44,062 nt of DNA from Amoeboaphelidium occidentale (lineage: Eukaryota), in the NCBI GenBank assembly GCA_023515795.1, contig JALGPX010000101.1, positions 1 through 44,062 of the forward strand, read 5' to 3'. The notes under the pieces are model-generated. The model saw only the letters and a list, made by a program, of their open reading frames with translations. It did no database searches and was not told where the DNA came from. Position numbers and translations under genes: made by a program. Below, piece by piece: positions 24,001-34,396 of this stretch. Numbering within the stretch: the first letter of the stretch is position 1; every line of letters begins with the position of its first letter.

Positions 24001-24615
24001 ACCTGCTTCAGTGATTTCCTTCTTATCGACCTCTTCGGTCTTTAACTCAGGTCCATCTTTAACAAAATCCTTGACATCGACCGCATTCTTTACTTCTTTA
24101 GCTTCCTTAGCTTCAACACTCTCCGTTGGTTTTAGATCTTTCGGATCGGAGACAGTTCCTTGCCCATCAACATTTGATCCAGAAATTTGGTAAGGCGTAT
24201 TGAAAAAAGTCTCCGACTGACTATAAAATGAGAGCTTAGGCCTTTCCAAAGACTTTTCAGTAGCGCTTATCACTCCAAAGTCATTACACGCCAACAACTG
24301 CAATGTGCCATAACGCAATCTTGTTGCTCCTCGTTCAGGATTCCGGCTAAACACTTTGAACACGTTAAACACATTCTGTTTCTGGAAATCTGGTGGAATA
24401 TTTTCTTTGGCGGATGCGGTAGAACTGGGATGTTCTCCATATGAGTGATTGCAAGACTTCCACTCGCTATCCTTTCGGTGCGATAAATTCCTTTCAGGTA
24501 AAGCAGTCACCGAGACAACTGGTTCAGCTAAGATCAGTCCATGAGACAAAAGCATGTGCATAGATAACGTTTCCCTGCTCTCAAAGGCTGTCGAACAACT
24601 CGCGCAGAATTCCAT
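21086..24615 (-). CDS. Large (~1,100 aa) multi-C2H2 zinc-finger protein with about 12 atypical fingers; interrupted by an assembly gap and duplication at 23256-23272
   Basis: Repeated CPxxGC..HxxxxH units (CPLC, CPIAGC, CPFDDC, CPELDC, CPAEGC, CRKPGC, CPFQGC, CPEPRC, CVAAGC, CPYNGC, CLVSGC). Sequences either side of the gap overlap. Confidence 0.8.
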
Positions 24616-25002
24616 TACGATTCAAAAAAGATCCAAGCCACATCAAGAACAAGTTTCATTTGATAATTACAGAATTTATTGAAAATCTAGTTTNNNNNNN
24701 NNNNNNNNNNNNNNTTTGGCTGATGCGGTAGAACTGGGATGTTCTCCATATGAGTGATTGCAAGACTTCGACTCGCTATCCTTTCGCTGCGATAAATTCC
24801 TTTCAGGTAAAGCAGTCACCGAGACAACTGGTTCAGCTAAGATCAGTCCATGAGACAAAAGCATGTGCATTGATAACGTTTCCCTGCTCTCAAAGGCTGT
24901 CGAACAACTCGCGCAGAATTCCATTTCGATTCAAAAAAGATCCAAGCCACATCAAGAACAAGTTTCATTTGATAATTACAGAATTTATTGAAAATCTAGT
25001 TT
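24406..25002. repeat. Duplicated ~290 bp block (5' end of the zinc-finger gene) either side of gap 24694-24714
   Basis: 24406-24693 and 24715-25002 are nearly identical with scattered SNPs. This explains ORF 24676-24924. Confidence 0.85.
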
Positions 25003-26426
25003 TGATCATTACTTTGCGGTAACGCTTGAAATGTTGATTTTGAGCATCGTCGCGCATCAGCTGCATACAACAATACAGTACAGAAAGAGATTGCGCTTGT
25101 GATTGCGAATAATGCAACAGGACCATAATATCCATAAAGAAATCCACCAAATAACCCACCAACAGATGATCCAAATCCTGTAAGGAATGCGCTCATAAGA
25201 CCCTGAGATGTCGCTTGTAAATGTGAAGGTGCTGATGCGGAGATTTGAACAGCTGAAGAGTGAAACGTTGCGAATATCATCCCATGCAGTACTTCAATAA
25301 ATACATCTATCCAAGGAGAAAGTTTTAAAGCCATCATTAAAGTGTAGAGCAAAGTTCTAAAGGTCATGATCGACATTGACAATATCAGCATGTAACGATA
25401 TCCGATAATTCTTTCATTATCTGTAGGTGTATCCGAAGTATAAGGTACCAGCCATTTAAGCAGTACTTTACTTATGCTACCGCTCCAGTAAAAGAATGGA
25501 ATCTCCAGCATTGCCCGAGAAAGTGAAGAGAATCCAAATAAAGAAGCTGGAGCATTCAAGTGTTCTGTGAGCATAAGATAACAAAAGTTGTTGATAATGC
25601 TGAGATTAAGACCTTGTACAAATACGAATGCCCAAAAGTACGGAAGATATCCTGTTTGTTCAGAAGACGCAATCAAGGTTCTGATGCTTTCAAGAACTGT
25701 AAGCTTCTCTGGTACCACTTCTTTTGATCCTATTTCTGTCTGTTTAACAACATTCAAATCTATCACTTCTTCTTCTAGCAATCGTTCCTTTTGTGTTTTA
25801 CCTTTTACAAGTCTGTAAATTTCTGGAACCAGGAGATACACCGCGAATAGAAGCATGATACAAGAATAAGCATAGAATATTGCTGATAGTCCAATCTTTT
25901 TTCGATGCAAGAATCCATCATCTGAGTTATTTAGAGATCTCAGGAGAGCTGAAACTAAAACACCAGCAAACGCATATGAAACAGACGCAAACACGCGCTG
26001 TCTTCCATATAGTGTCTGCTTATCCAACTGACTGCTGGTGGTTTTCAGAATTGTCAATACAACAGCATCAAGCATTGATATAAATGGAGAGAAGAATACT
26101 GCAAATGCAATTACCAGGCATATCGCCAAAGGGAACAATAAGTCCTGATCTCTATACTTCATCAATTGAGGAAACATCAATGCGACTATAGCACTTGTAA
26201 GAGATGTAAAAGCAAGAATGAGCTTGTGGATTTTGTAGCGATCAGCCAGATAAGTCCATGTAGGCGCCATCAAAAACGTTGTGATGGGAAGCACTGCTGT
26301 TAGAACACCAATTTCAGTTGAACCAATACCTAATGATCTGTAGTACATTGATAAGAATGGCATAATACAGCCACATGCCAAAAAGCCAAGCGAAAAGTAA
26401 ATCTTTGGCTGTATTAGACGTTTCAT
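24996..26426 (-). CDS. Major facilitator superfamily transporter (MFS_1_like / MFSD6-type)
   Basis: PFLSMYYRSLG.....IG, PTWTYLADRY, YGRQRVFASV, EIPFFYWS, EVLHG, ATSQGL..GFGSSVGGLFGG and about 12 TM segments. ATG at 26426 is the likely start. Confidence 0.9.
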   Translation of the reverse strand: MKRLIQPKIYFSLGFLACGCIMPFLSMYYRSLGIGSTEIGVLTAVLPITTFLMAPTWTYLADRYKIHKLILAFTSLTSAIVALMFPQLMKYRDQDLLFPLAICLVIAFAVFFSPFISMLDAVVLTILKTTSSQLDKQTLYGRQRVFASVSYAFAGVLVSALLRSLNNSDDGFLHRKKIGLSAIFYAYSCIMLLFAVYLLVPEIYRLVKGKTQKERLLEEEVIDLNVVKQTEIGSKEVVPEKLTVLESIRTLIASSEQTGYLPYFWAFVFVQGLNLSIINNFCYLMLTEHLNAPASLFGFSSLSRAMLEIPFFYWSGSISKVLLKWLVPYTSDTPTDNERIIGYRYMLILSMSIMTFRTLLYTLMMALKLSPWIDVFIEVLHGMIFATFHSSAVQISASAPSHLQATSQGLMSAFLTGFGSSVGGLFGGFLYGYYGPVALFAITSAISFCTVLLYAADARRCSKSTFQALPQSNDQN

Positions 26427-26709
26427 TCTTACAAAAGCGATATACACGCCAATGCTGCAAGCTTCATCAAGGTTCGAATCCCTTGATTGGACAAATGAAT
26501 GCATGACCTTCTAGCTCAGTGTATTCAACAAGTGATACAGGCTCCACGAGATACTGAAGTGGAGCATTAGCTGATTTTAATGCATTTACCTCTAAAATAT
26601 CGCGCTAGTCTTCTGTTATTTAACAGTCAAGTGGGCTCGAATTGGAACCCTTCCTAACAAAATACCAAACACTTTGAACCACGTCTTCCTTTTCTGTTTC
26701 AATAAAATC

Positions 26710-27297
26710 ATGAAATCTAAACCAGCAGCATCGGCAGAGACTATTCTCATCTGGGTTAGATACAGAGACGATTCTCCAGTGTGGTTTACAATGCCGGTCT
26801 CAAGCAATGTAAACGATCTGCTGGATTATGTTATCTTGAATCCTTATATTGGCTTCGACGGATATAAAGGCCCAATTAAAATATATGAGAATGAACGTGG
26901 AGATAAATTAGAACCATGGCTAAAAGTGTCCTCCATCAGATCCACGACTTGGTTGACTCCATTAGTAGTTAAAATACCAGATGATTGTAAGGTAAGGCGC
27001 GCTACTGTCGTAATAACTGATTTCTTAGATTTCCGTTATGCACGTGTGACCTTTTTTGATGTAGATATGCCGTGGTCCTTATGGCTATATAATTCGGTAT
27101 CATCCTTTGCCCAAACAACCAAGCCGGTAGTTGGGAATAGTGGCGGCTCACGTTCTAGTTCCACACATACTACCGTAAATAGTACCTTATTACATAAAGA
27201 TGATAATAATCAGCATGGGACTAGGAGTATTTCAAAGACCGGTTATGGCACCGTGGAATTACGGAACAGGCTCCGGAAGGCGAAAGATCAAGATTAG
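26710..27297 (+). CDS. Second short Crinkler-like protein (N-terminal ubiquitin-like domain plus S/T-rich tail); may contain a short intron near 26990-27030
   Basis: IWVRYRD..PV......NVNDLLD........I.IY....KLEP...VSSI.STT..TPLVVK resembles the fungal CRN N domain. Confidence 0.55.
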   Translation: MKSKPAASAETILIWVRYRDDSPVWFTMPVSSNVNDLLDYVILNPYIGFDGYKGPIKIYENERGDKLEPWLKVSSIRSTTWLTPLVVKIPDDCKVRRATVVITDFLDFRYARVTFFDVDMPWSLWLYNSVSSFAQTTKPVVGNSGGSRSSSTHTTVNSTLLHKDDNNQHGTRSISKTGYGTVELRNRLRKAKDQD

Positions 27298-27411
27298 CAC
27301 TGAATACAGGGAGAATCATGATAAGTAAATCTCATGAATTAATGCAGGTTTAAGGCTTTCGGGCTGAAGCAAAACTGATTGTTGAAACAAGTCCCTGGGA
27401 GTTTCAAACAA

Positions 27412-28708
27412 ATGATTCTAGAACTTCAAGATTTGCCTGTGGAAATATTAAGGCATATAGCTCTCAACCTGGAATGGTTCAATTTGAGTTTCTTGATACA
27501 AGCGCTACCAAATGGCTCTGAGGTATTTGATGCTGTCTTCAAGAGTAAATTCTACAGCGAAAATTATTCGGACAACGCAGTATGGGCAGCAAACATTGCG
27601 GGAGAAGAAGATGAAAATCTTTACAAGCTGCTTCTTGCTGACGAGAAAAATCTATCGAATTGGGTCAAATCGCAAGCTTTATGTATGGAATTGGATTTGG
27701 ACGATGTCCGATTTGGTTTAGACTATGATCCTTCCATGTGCATTCCAGTGGACGAAGCTCGTGATATTTGTTATGCTCCTATTGGTATTGCAGTTGATCT
27801 TGTTAATGAGTTCATACCGTGTGCTGCTTTGTTAGTTTATCAGTTTCATCATACACATACCTTCCCGGAGTACAAAAGGTTCCTTTTTGATTTGGACAAA
27901 GTGATGACGCAAAATGCGGCTCGTATGGGCCTCTATTGGCCCATTGGTGCCAGGGTTTTTGTAGAGCTTATGGTCTTGAATTGCAGGGACGAGAAAACTG
28001 CCGCTCCTAACCTCGTGGCGTTGTATTGCACTATGAGCGATTTGGATTTTTTGCAATTGAGCCGTTAGTTCTTCACATGATTACCTTACCGATGCAAGAT
28101 TATGAAGAGGCTTTCCCCAGTTTCTATGAAAGGTTGTTCGAGGAGAATGTATATGACTTGTGCCTAAATGACATTTGTGAGGCTATTACACAGAATTGTC
28201 CGGGCCATGCTCAAGATACTCTCGCAAAAATGGAATTGCTTTTAAGCACCTTGAAACAGACGCGTCTTTTGGAGCAGGTACTTTCTTGGCTAATAATATT
28301 GAAAGTGATGTGGGAATTGTTTGTGAGTGGCTTAATGATCGTTTCAAGACCATTGATAAGATCAAATGGATACAAGCATTGTTGGATATTGAAGACTGGA
28401 ACCTGGATAATGCTCGCACGAACTCAAGAACACAAGCAGTTATTGATTTGTTTACAGACAATGAAATACCCTTATGGCCTTTGTTTGATGATTTCATTTC
28501 GCCTCATAATAACAGCGATAAGAGTATTGGTATTTTGGTAGCCTTGCTGAAAGCTGTAATTTTTAACGGCGAGAAAACAAAAGTCGAAGTTGAAGAGTTG
28601 TTACTAGAGTTTATGCGGAAGAACTCAGAATATGAAACGGTTATTAAAAGGGTTCGGAGGCGTTTGTCTGAGCCTGCTCAAGATGATATGGAACATGATG
28701 ACTTGTGA
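27412..28708 (+). pseudogene. F-box-like protein spread over three frames (two -1 shifts at homopolymer runs)
   Basis: N-terminal LQDLPVEILRHIALNL is F-box-like. Frames switch near the T-run at ~28047-28052 and the A-run at ~28226-28230. Confidence 0.5.
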
Positions 28709-29253
28709 ATAAATTAGATCAAATGTTGGAGTTGAAAAACGAGCCTTTATTAACCGCGATTTGCTGATCAATTTCCGCGAAAAACTTGTTTGAAACCGCG
28801 ACCCGTGACACCTCGCAAGTACAAAAGGAACAACCACGAGAATGAAAAGGAACATAAACCCAACTTTGCTGGCTTGTTTCAAGAAAGGAGACGAGCCAGA
28901 TTTGGGGCGTGCATTGAAAGGCATCTATAAAACCCTGTCCCAAGAGATCCACGCACCAACTATCAAAGTTGGTTCAGGAATGTATGAGGTTCCTCTGCTT
29001 CCGAATTTATCGGAAAACGATACCTGCATTCTTGAGAAGCTGGCTACGGAGGGGCTAGGATGGAAGAAGGTTAAGTTTGTTCGGCTTATCGATGAAGATG
29101 AAGGGAGAGTTCTTTGAAGACGGCACATTATGCAAAAATAGAATCGAATAAATGGTTGCTAATTCATTTAAAGGCCATTTATTTCGGACTCGAGAGCCAA
29201 TACAATATGCACCTGCCGCTTGAGCCAACTCTTTGTATGAAATTATTGCCAAA

Positions 29254-31560
29254 TTAAGCAACGACTACTCCTCTTCTCTCAGGAACTATAACAAATAGCA
29301 CAATTCGATCTGAAGTGCCATCATGAGGCAAACCTTTGATCCAATTCAATTCAGCATTCACAACCATGTTCTCTGAATCGAACACAGGCTCCATAAGGAA
29401 GAACGCAGGCACGGGCTCAAGATTATCTAGATTAGAGGCATACTCTCTGAAGTCATTTTCCGTGAAACAACTTTTTTGCAATCCTTTGGTCAACACAATG
29501 TGAATTGAATAATCTTTAGGCACGCGCTCAAGAATAGTTTTCATGGCAGCAGGATCTGCACAGCCGCTACAATCCTTTGCCTCACCACTAAAAACCTTGT
29601 CGTCAGAAGAAAAATCGGTGCGATCCGCCATCAAAGTCCTCTTACACGTTGCCAACAACACACCAGACTGATTACATGCCTTCATAAAGTCGCCATCAAG
29701 TTCCTGGTTTGGAGCAAGTAGAAATGGAATTATTCTCTCATTGCAAGCAGTTAAAGGTTGTCCGGTTAATTGTCCAGGACCGGCAGTAGCGTCATTTCCC
29801 GAATACAATTCATACGCCAGCTGTGGTAAAAATTCCTGAAACCCAATCCCAGCCACTCCATTCATATGTGACGAATGGATAATCGTACTGACCATGCATG
29901 CTTCCAGGAAATTCCCATCGTTGCTTTTTTGCTGAATATTTTTAAGCTTAATGCATTTCTCTTTCACTTTTGCACTTAATTGAACCTCATTCATCAAGTT
30001 CATGTACGGGCGCCTTTCAATCTCATCCATGATGTCCACAAAAATTCCCGATCTGTTTTTGGTGCCGATCATCGTCAAATGCAACAGCAAATCCTCATCT
30101 GGTGTCGGAAATAATGCCACCGGGACCCAGGCCATTGTTTCATCTTGTAGATTTTTATATACCAAGTATCCTCGAAAAGGGGCGAGTTCCAACACATCTA
30201 TCTCAGTATACAAGTTGGCATAGTGTCTGTCAATGAGACTACTTTCCTGCGCCAAATCGGCCAACGCATAGGAACAATTCAGAGTCAGCATAAGCTGTCC
30301 TCGTTGGGAGTCGGCCGTTGAGCCTATTTCTATCCAGTCAACAAATTTATCATGCAAGTAATCGAGCATGTTGTCCAGATAAGGCACAAAACCACCTGAG
30401 GGCCCATGTCGCAGGAGATAGTCAACTGCCTCTACGGCAAACAAAGGCCTAGAATTAAGAATCATATCCTTGATCAAACCGAATTCCCCGTCGAGCTGAT
30501 AATTCAACGAATCAAATCCACAACTTTGCTCAGTAACTTTAGTTGCCTTCGTAAAGATCCTGGCCCATTTCTGTGATTTACCTCGGCTTATCGTACTTTG
30601 CTCAACTATATCAGTGGCCGAAGTATTTGCGCCCATAAGAAGAGGATTCAAACCTACTGCACTAAAACAATTACGAATGAATTGTAATTGTGTCGGACTC
30701 TTATCACCGGCGGTATTGTACTCGTCAATAATGATAACAGGCTTGTTATACTTATTATTAATCCAACGCTGAGCAACTTTATCAGCCATCTCAGGCACAA
30801 TGAGCCACATTCCTTGCGGAGCGCCGTCATCCAATAATTTCCTCATAAACCCAAACACATATAAAGGTCGAATTCTCAGAGCTTCAGGGTCAAGTTGATC
30901 ATCCCTCAAATTTTGCAAGTCAGCTTCCACGCAGTCATGAAACAATTCAGTGATTTTGTTGTAAAAGTTATAAATCGATTGCGTGGTTCCGTTAAACCGC
31001 TGTCCAAGCAAGTAAACAACTTTTCTCTTTCCTTCATAGCATTTCATAAGATTGTGCGCCATTTGTGTTTTTCCCATGCCGGAGGATAAACCATAAAATA
31101 TGATTTCTTCTTCGTTCGTTTCGATTACATCTTCAATTAGCTGTACTAATTCTTTAGTCGCAGGATCATCCTTCAAACATTCAGCTCTTGCAAGATATTC
31201 ATTACGAACTGCTGCGTATGCCATGCTGGGAATCATGAGGCCCGAAATAGCAGGAGCACGATAAGGCTGAACATTCTGCCGCGATGGCTGGATTGTCGGA
31301 GGAGTCAGCGTGCGAATTTCCAGAGCCAAGCCGCCCTTCTCGATCTTCTTGTAATATTCTTCAGGAAGCGCTCTTAAATCAGCCATTGTAGCAATTTGCT
31401 CATCTGAATGAGGCTTGTACAGCTGAATTGCAGCAGGAGGTGCGGGAATGAGGTCACCAAAGTCGGCTTTGATTGCCCTTCGTAATTCGCTGATGACTTC
31501 CATCTCATCTGTTCTGATTTCGAAAGGTAACTGGCCATAGACAACGTTAAGGAACGGCAT
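29254..31560 (-). CDS. Crinkler/RHS-type effector: N-terminal header, P-loop NTPase and C-terminal restriction-endonuclease-fold domain
   Basis: Header FLNVVY....EI.......ELRRAIKADF....PAAIQLY. Walker A GLSSGMGKT, Walker B VIIIDE. PD-(D/E)xK-like DRTDF...FSGEAKD. Confidence 0.72.
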   Translation of the reverse strand: MPFLNVVYGQLPFEIRTDEMEVISELRRAIKADFGDLIPAPPAAIQLYKPHSDEQIATMADLRALPEEYYKKIEKGGLALEIRTLTPPTIQPSRQNVQPYRAPAISGLMIPSMAYAAVRNEYLARAECLKDDPATKELVQLIEDVIETNEEEIIFYGLSSGMGKTQMAHNLMKCYEGKRKVVYLLGQRFNGTTQSIYNFYNKITELFHDCVEADLQNLRDDQLDPEALRIRPLYVFGFMRKLLDDGAPQGMWLIVPEMADKVAQRWINNKYNKPVIIIDEYNTAGDKSPTQLQFIRNCFSAVGLNPLLMGANTSATDIVEQSTISRGKSQKWARIFTKATKVTEQSCGFDSLNYQLDGEFGLIKDMILNSRPLFAVEAVDYLLRHGPSGGFVPYLDNMLDYLHDKFVDWIEIGSTADSQRGQLMLTLNCSYALADLAQESSLIDRHYANLYTEIDVLELAPFRGYLVYKNLQDETMAWVPVALFPTPDEDLLLHLTMIGTKNRSGIFVDIMDEIERRPYMNLMNEVQLSAKVKEKCIKLKNIQQKSNDGNFLEACMVSTIIHSSHMNGVAGIGFQEFLPQLAYELYSGNDATAGPGQLTGQPLTACNERIIPFLLAPNQELDGDFMKACNQSGVLLATCKRTLMADRTDFSSDDKVFSGEAKDCSGCADPAAMKTILERVPKDYSIHIVLTKGLQKSCFTENDFREYASNLDNLEPVPAFFLMEPVFDSENMVVNAELNWIKGLPHDGTSDRIVLFVIVPERRGVVVA

Positions 31561-31966
31561 TATAAGTGACTTTTCTAAGGAAGAATTTCAGCGTGGTGAC
31601 TCATGCTTCAAAAGTGATCCAACAAGTAGAAAACATTTTTGAGTCACAATAGCTTGCGATGATCTCCCTTGCAAGTTCGATGTGAAGTCGCAGTTGAATG
31701 AGATCGACCTGTCTGTTTCAGGTAGCGTCTCAATTGATAGCTGCCTTCTTTGATCTTTTGGTGTTTCATGATAAGCGCAATTATGATAGTGACTGCTTCA
31801 TTGATCAGATCGCCTTAGTGATTAAGCTCCTACTTTAACCGTAATTTAGAATGCATTTCATTACGTTTCTGCGTGTGAACTTGTCCATCAAGCTTTTGCA
31901 GTTTCCTGATTGCGACAAGCCACGAGGCGCTTTTGTTTCTTAAGGCGTTCCCCTATTACAGCGATT

Positions 31967-33529
31967 ATGGACGATTATTTTCAGTGCTGCCCTGAGGAAG
32001 ACTGCGATTTTGTAGCGCGTGGTCAGGGCGCCAAGAAGAAGGTTCGCCTGCATTTCAGTAGAGTGCACAAGAACAAAACGATTCCTAATGATTTATTACT
32101 TCACTCTGAGAATGCTATGGAGTGTCCCTTCGAAGGGTGCACCGTGAAAATGTGTGGCCTCAACAAAATTGCTAATCTTCGGAATCACTACGAAACTGTT
32201 CATGCTGGACATGAATTACCGCAAATATTAAGAAGGGTCCGGCCACAGAAGAGTACTGCTGATGTTGATCCATTGGAAAGACTTTGGAAGGGTTGTGTTC
32301 CTGTTCCGGAAGCTAAATTGAAGAAGATTCCTGTTTTATCAAGAAAAGTAAGGCTGTCACAAGAGGAGGACGAGGATGATGATAAGAATTCTGATATTGA
32401 AACCGCGATTTTGGAACGGAAGCCACGTAGAGGCGTTTTGGGTTTGGGTGCATTAGTTACAAAGAGCGCAAGTGATAAAGAGAATGGTGTCAAGTCTTCA
32501 TCATCCTCTAGCTCAGAGATTTCATTCGAAGATGACGAGAATGAAAGTGACTCCAGTGATAACAGCGTTTTGGTTGAATTCGCAAAAGGAGGGCTGCCAC
32601 AGGCACAATGGAAACAGGATTTAAAGAGTAATTCCTCTGAGGACGATGATGAAGATACGGAGTTGAAGCCGGCTGCTCCGTTTCAGCCAGAATCGAAAGT
32701 AAGCGAGACATTTTTTATTGAAGATACCGATGAAGAGCAGGCAGATTCTGGTGCATCTATAGTTTACTCTGGATCAGATGCCGATTTAGCTCCTTATGAA
32801 AGTGAAATGGAATTCTTTGATTCCTTGTTTAAAGATAAAACGCCAAAGAAGCGAAAGAATCAAAATACTAAAGCGCGAAAGAATGGCAATAGTAGGAAGA
32901 AGAAGTTGTCGAAAGATCTTGATGATATGATACCAGAGACTCCAGTGGTACAGACCACTACAGTTATTTATTTACCAGATAGTCCTAAAGAAACTCCAAA
33001 GCATGAGAAGCCCTGTTATCTTTCAGAATCGAGCAACACTGATGAAGAGCAAATTGAAAAGAAACCGCTCATACAGCTGAACAGAAGAAAATTGAAGCGA
33101 CCAAATTTAAAGAACTTTGATGGATCGTTTGGAGATGATTCAAAGCATGAAACAGATGGCTTAGTTCAAACAAAGATTGGAAACTTCTTTTCTCCTGTAA
33201 AGCCTCCAAGTGAAGAGCAGTCAAAAAGGCTTTCAAGTAGAAGAGATTCTTTGCTGGGAACTGATGCACCAGAAACTCCAACAAAGAAACTTGATACTGA
33301 GTCTTCATTTAAACAGCAACAGAACACCTCCTTAACAGAAGCTGAACTTCAAAAGGAGGAAATCATACCAAAAATCAAGGCTAAGTCTATGTCGTGGCGG
33401 GCTTACACGAAATCGAACACTACAAGCAATAACGTAAAAGTGGTTGGCGAGATTAGTCTTTTATCAGATTATGAAGAGAATTTTCATGAGAATACTACTG
33501 GGAGTGAAATCATAGTGCTATCCGACTAA
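31967..33529 (+). CDS. Paired atypical C2H2 zinc-finger protein with a long acidic/Ser-rich disordered tail
   Basis: CCPEEDC..HFSRVH..CPFEGC..HYETVH at the N-terminus and NLS-like PKKRK / RKKK. Confidence 0.75.
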   Translation: MDDYFQCCPEEDCDFVARGQGAKKKVRLHFSRVHKNKTIPNDLLLHSENAMECPFEGCTVKMCGLNKIANLRNHYETVHAGHELPQILRRVRPQKSTADVDPLERLWKGCVPVPEAKLKKIPVLSRKVRLSQEEDEDDDKNSDIETAILERKPRRGVLGLGALVTKSASDKENGVKSSSSSSSEISFEDDENESDSSDNSVLVEFAKGGLPQAQWKQDLKSNSSEDDDEDTELKPAAPFQPESKVSETFFIEDTDEEQADSGASIVYSGSDADLAPYESEMEFFDSLFKDKTPKKRKNQNTKARKNGNSRKKKLSKDLDDMIPETPVVQTTTVIYLPDSPKETPKHEKPCYLSESSNTDEEQIEKKPLIQLNRRKLKRPNLKNFDGSFGDDSKHETDGLVQTKIGNFFSPVKPPSEEQSKRLSSRRDSLLGTDAPETPTKKLDTESSFKQQQNTSLTEAELQKEEIIPKIKAKSMSWRAYTKSNTTSNNVKVVGEISLLSDYEENFHENTTGSEIIVLSD

Positions 33530-33615
33530 TTCTGAATTTCGCATGTCACGCTTAGACTTCATGATGGAGGATAATTTGGAGCTGGAACTTTAGTTTTTAT
33601 TGTATTTCAAAATTT

Positions 33616-34170
33616 TCATAAATCATACTCTTTAGCTCCATGTGTCAAGAGTATCTTTTCGCTTATGAGTTGTTTGATGGTTGCGTCTGGCTCCCATGAA
33701 GGCGAAGACTTTACGTGATATTTTTGCTTTGAAACAATAGATCGGAATATGCGCAAGTTACATTCCCGCACATTTAATAAAGATCTGCACCTTTTAAGAG
33801 CAGATATTTGATCTCTTTTAGTTGCATCGAGACCAGAGTCGTCACTATCAGAGCTCGGCAAGTTGTAATCAAGTGATCTCGGTATTGACGACCTCTTATG
33901 CCTGTTTCTGTAGTGCAAAGCCATAATGTGCGATGATTTATAGCTTTTGCAAATAAAGAAATGACACAATTTATTTGGGCATTGTAATAGATCGTGCTTT
34001 TTAGCATACTTTGCATCAATTCTTTGGTTATCGTGTGTCTGAGCAATGTGCTCTGTAAGGCGTGCGGCTCTATCATTGAACGGCACTGAATGATCGCATG
34101 TTTCAAAAGGACATTTTATAGTTCGTGGTGCATATGTACTACAACTTCCGAGTAGTAGTAGAGATGACAT
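33616..34170 (-). CDS. Small paired atypical C2H2 zinc-finger protein
   Basis: CPFETC..HIAQTH..KKHDLLQCPNKLC..HYRNRH. Confidence 0.7.
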   Translation of the reverse strand: MSSLLLLGSCSTYAPRTIKCPFETCDHSVPFNDRAARLTEHIAQTHDNQRIDAKYAKKHDLLQCPNKLCHFFICKSYKSSHIMALHYRNRHKRSSIPRSLDYNLPSSDSDDSGLDATKRDQISALKRCRSLLNVRECNLRIFRSIVSKQKYHVKSSPSWEPDATIKQLISEKILLTHGAKEYDL

Positions 34171-34396
34171 GATTGCACTTTGATCAAACAACAAAATGAG
34201 AACCCAAAGTTGAAACGAACCCAAAGAACCTAAAACGTAGAATATTTATTACAAATCGACTTCAGAGTCAAGTGAGATACTTTTTCTTGCAATCTTGCTT
34301 TTTTTCATGTCGGACATGTCGTTCCTGCACTCTTCATTAGTTTCAACATTCTGATCATAGTTATCCGCGATAAGAAAAGCCTATAAAATAAGTCAC

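Noticed and set aside
24676..24924. Apparent second zinc-finger gene
   Set aside because: A near-identical copy of the 5' end of the 24615 gene next to a sequence gap.
28722..29117. 91-aa ORF with stop-interrupted upstream frame
   Set aside because: No recognisable motif. It could be a pseudogene fragment but I cannot support a call.
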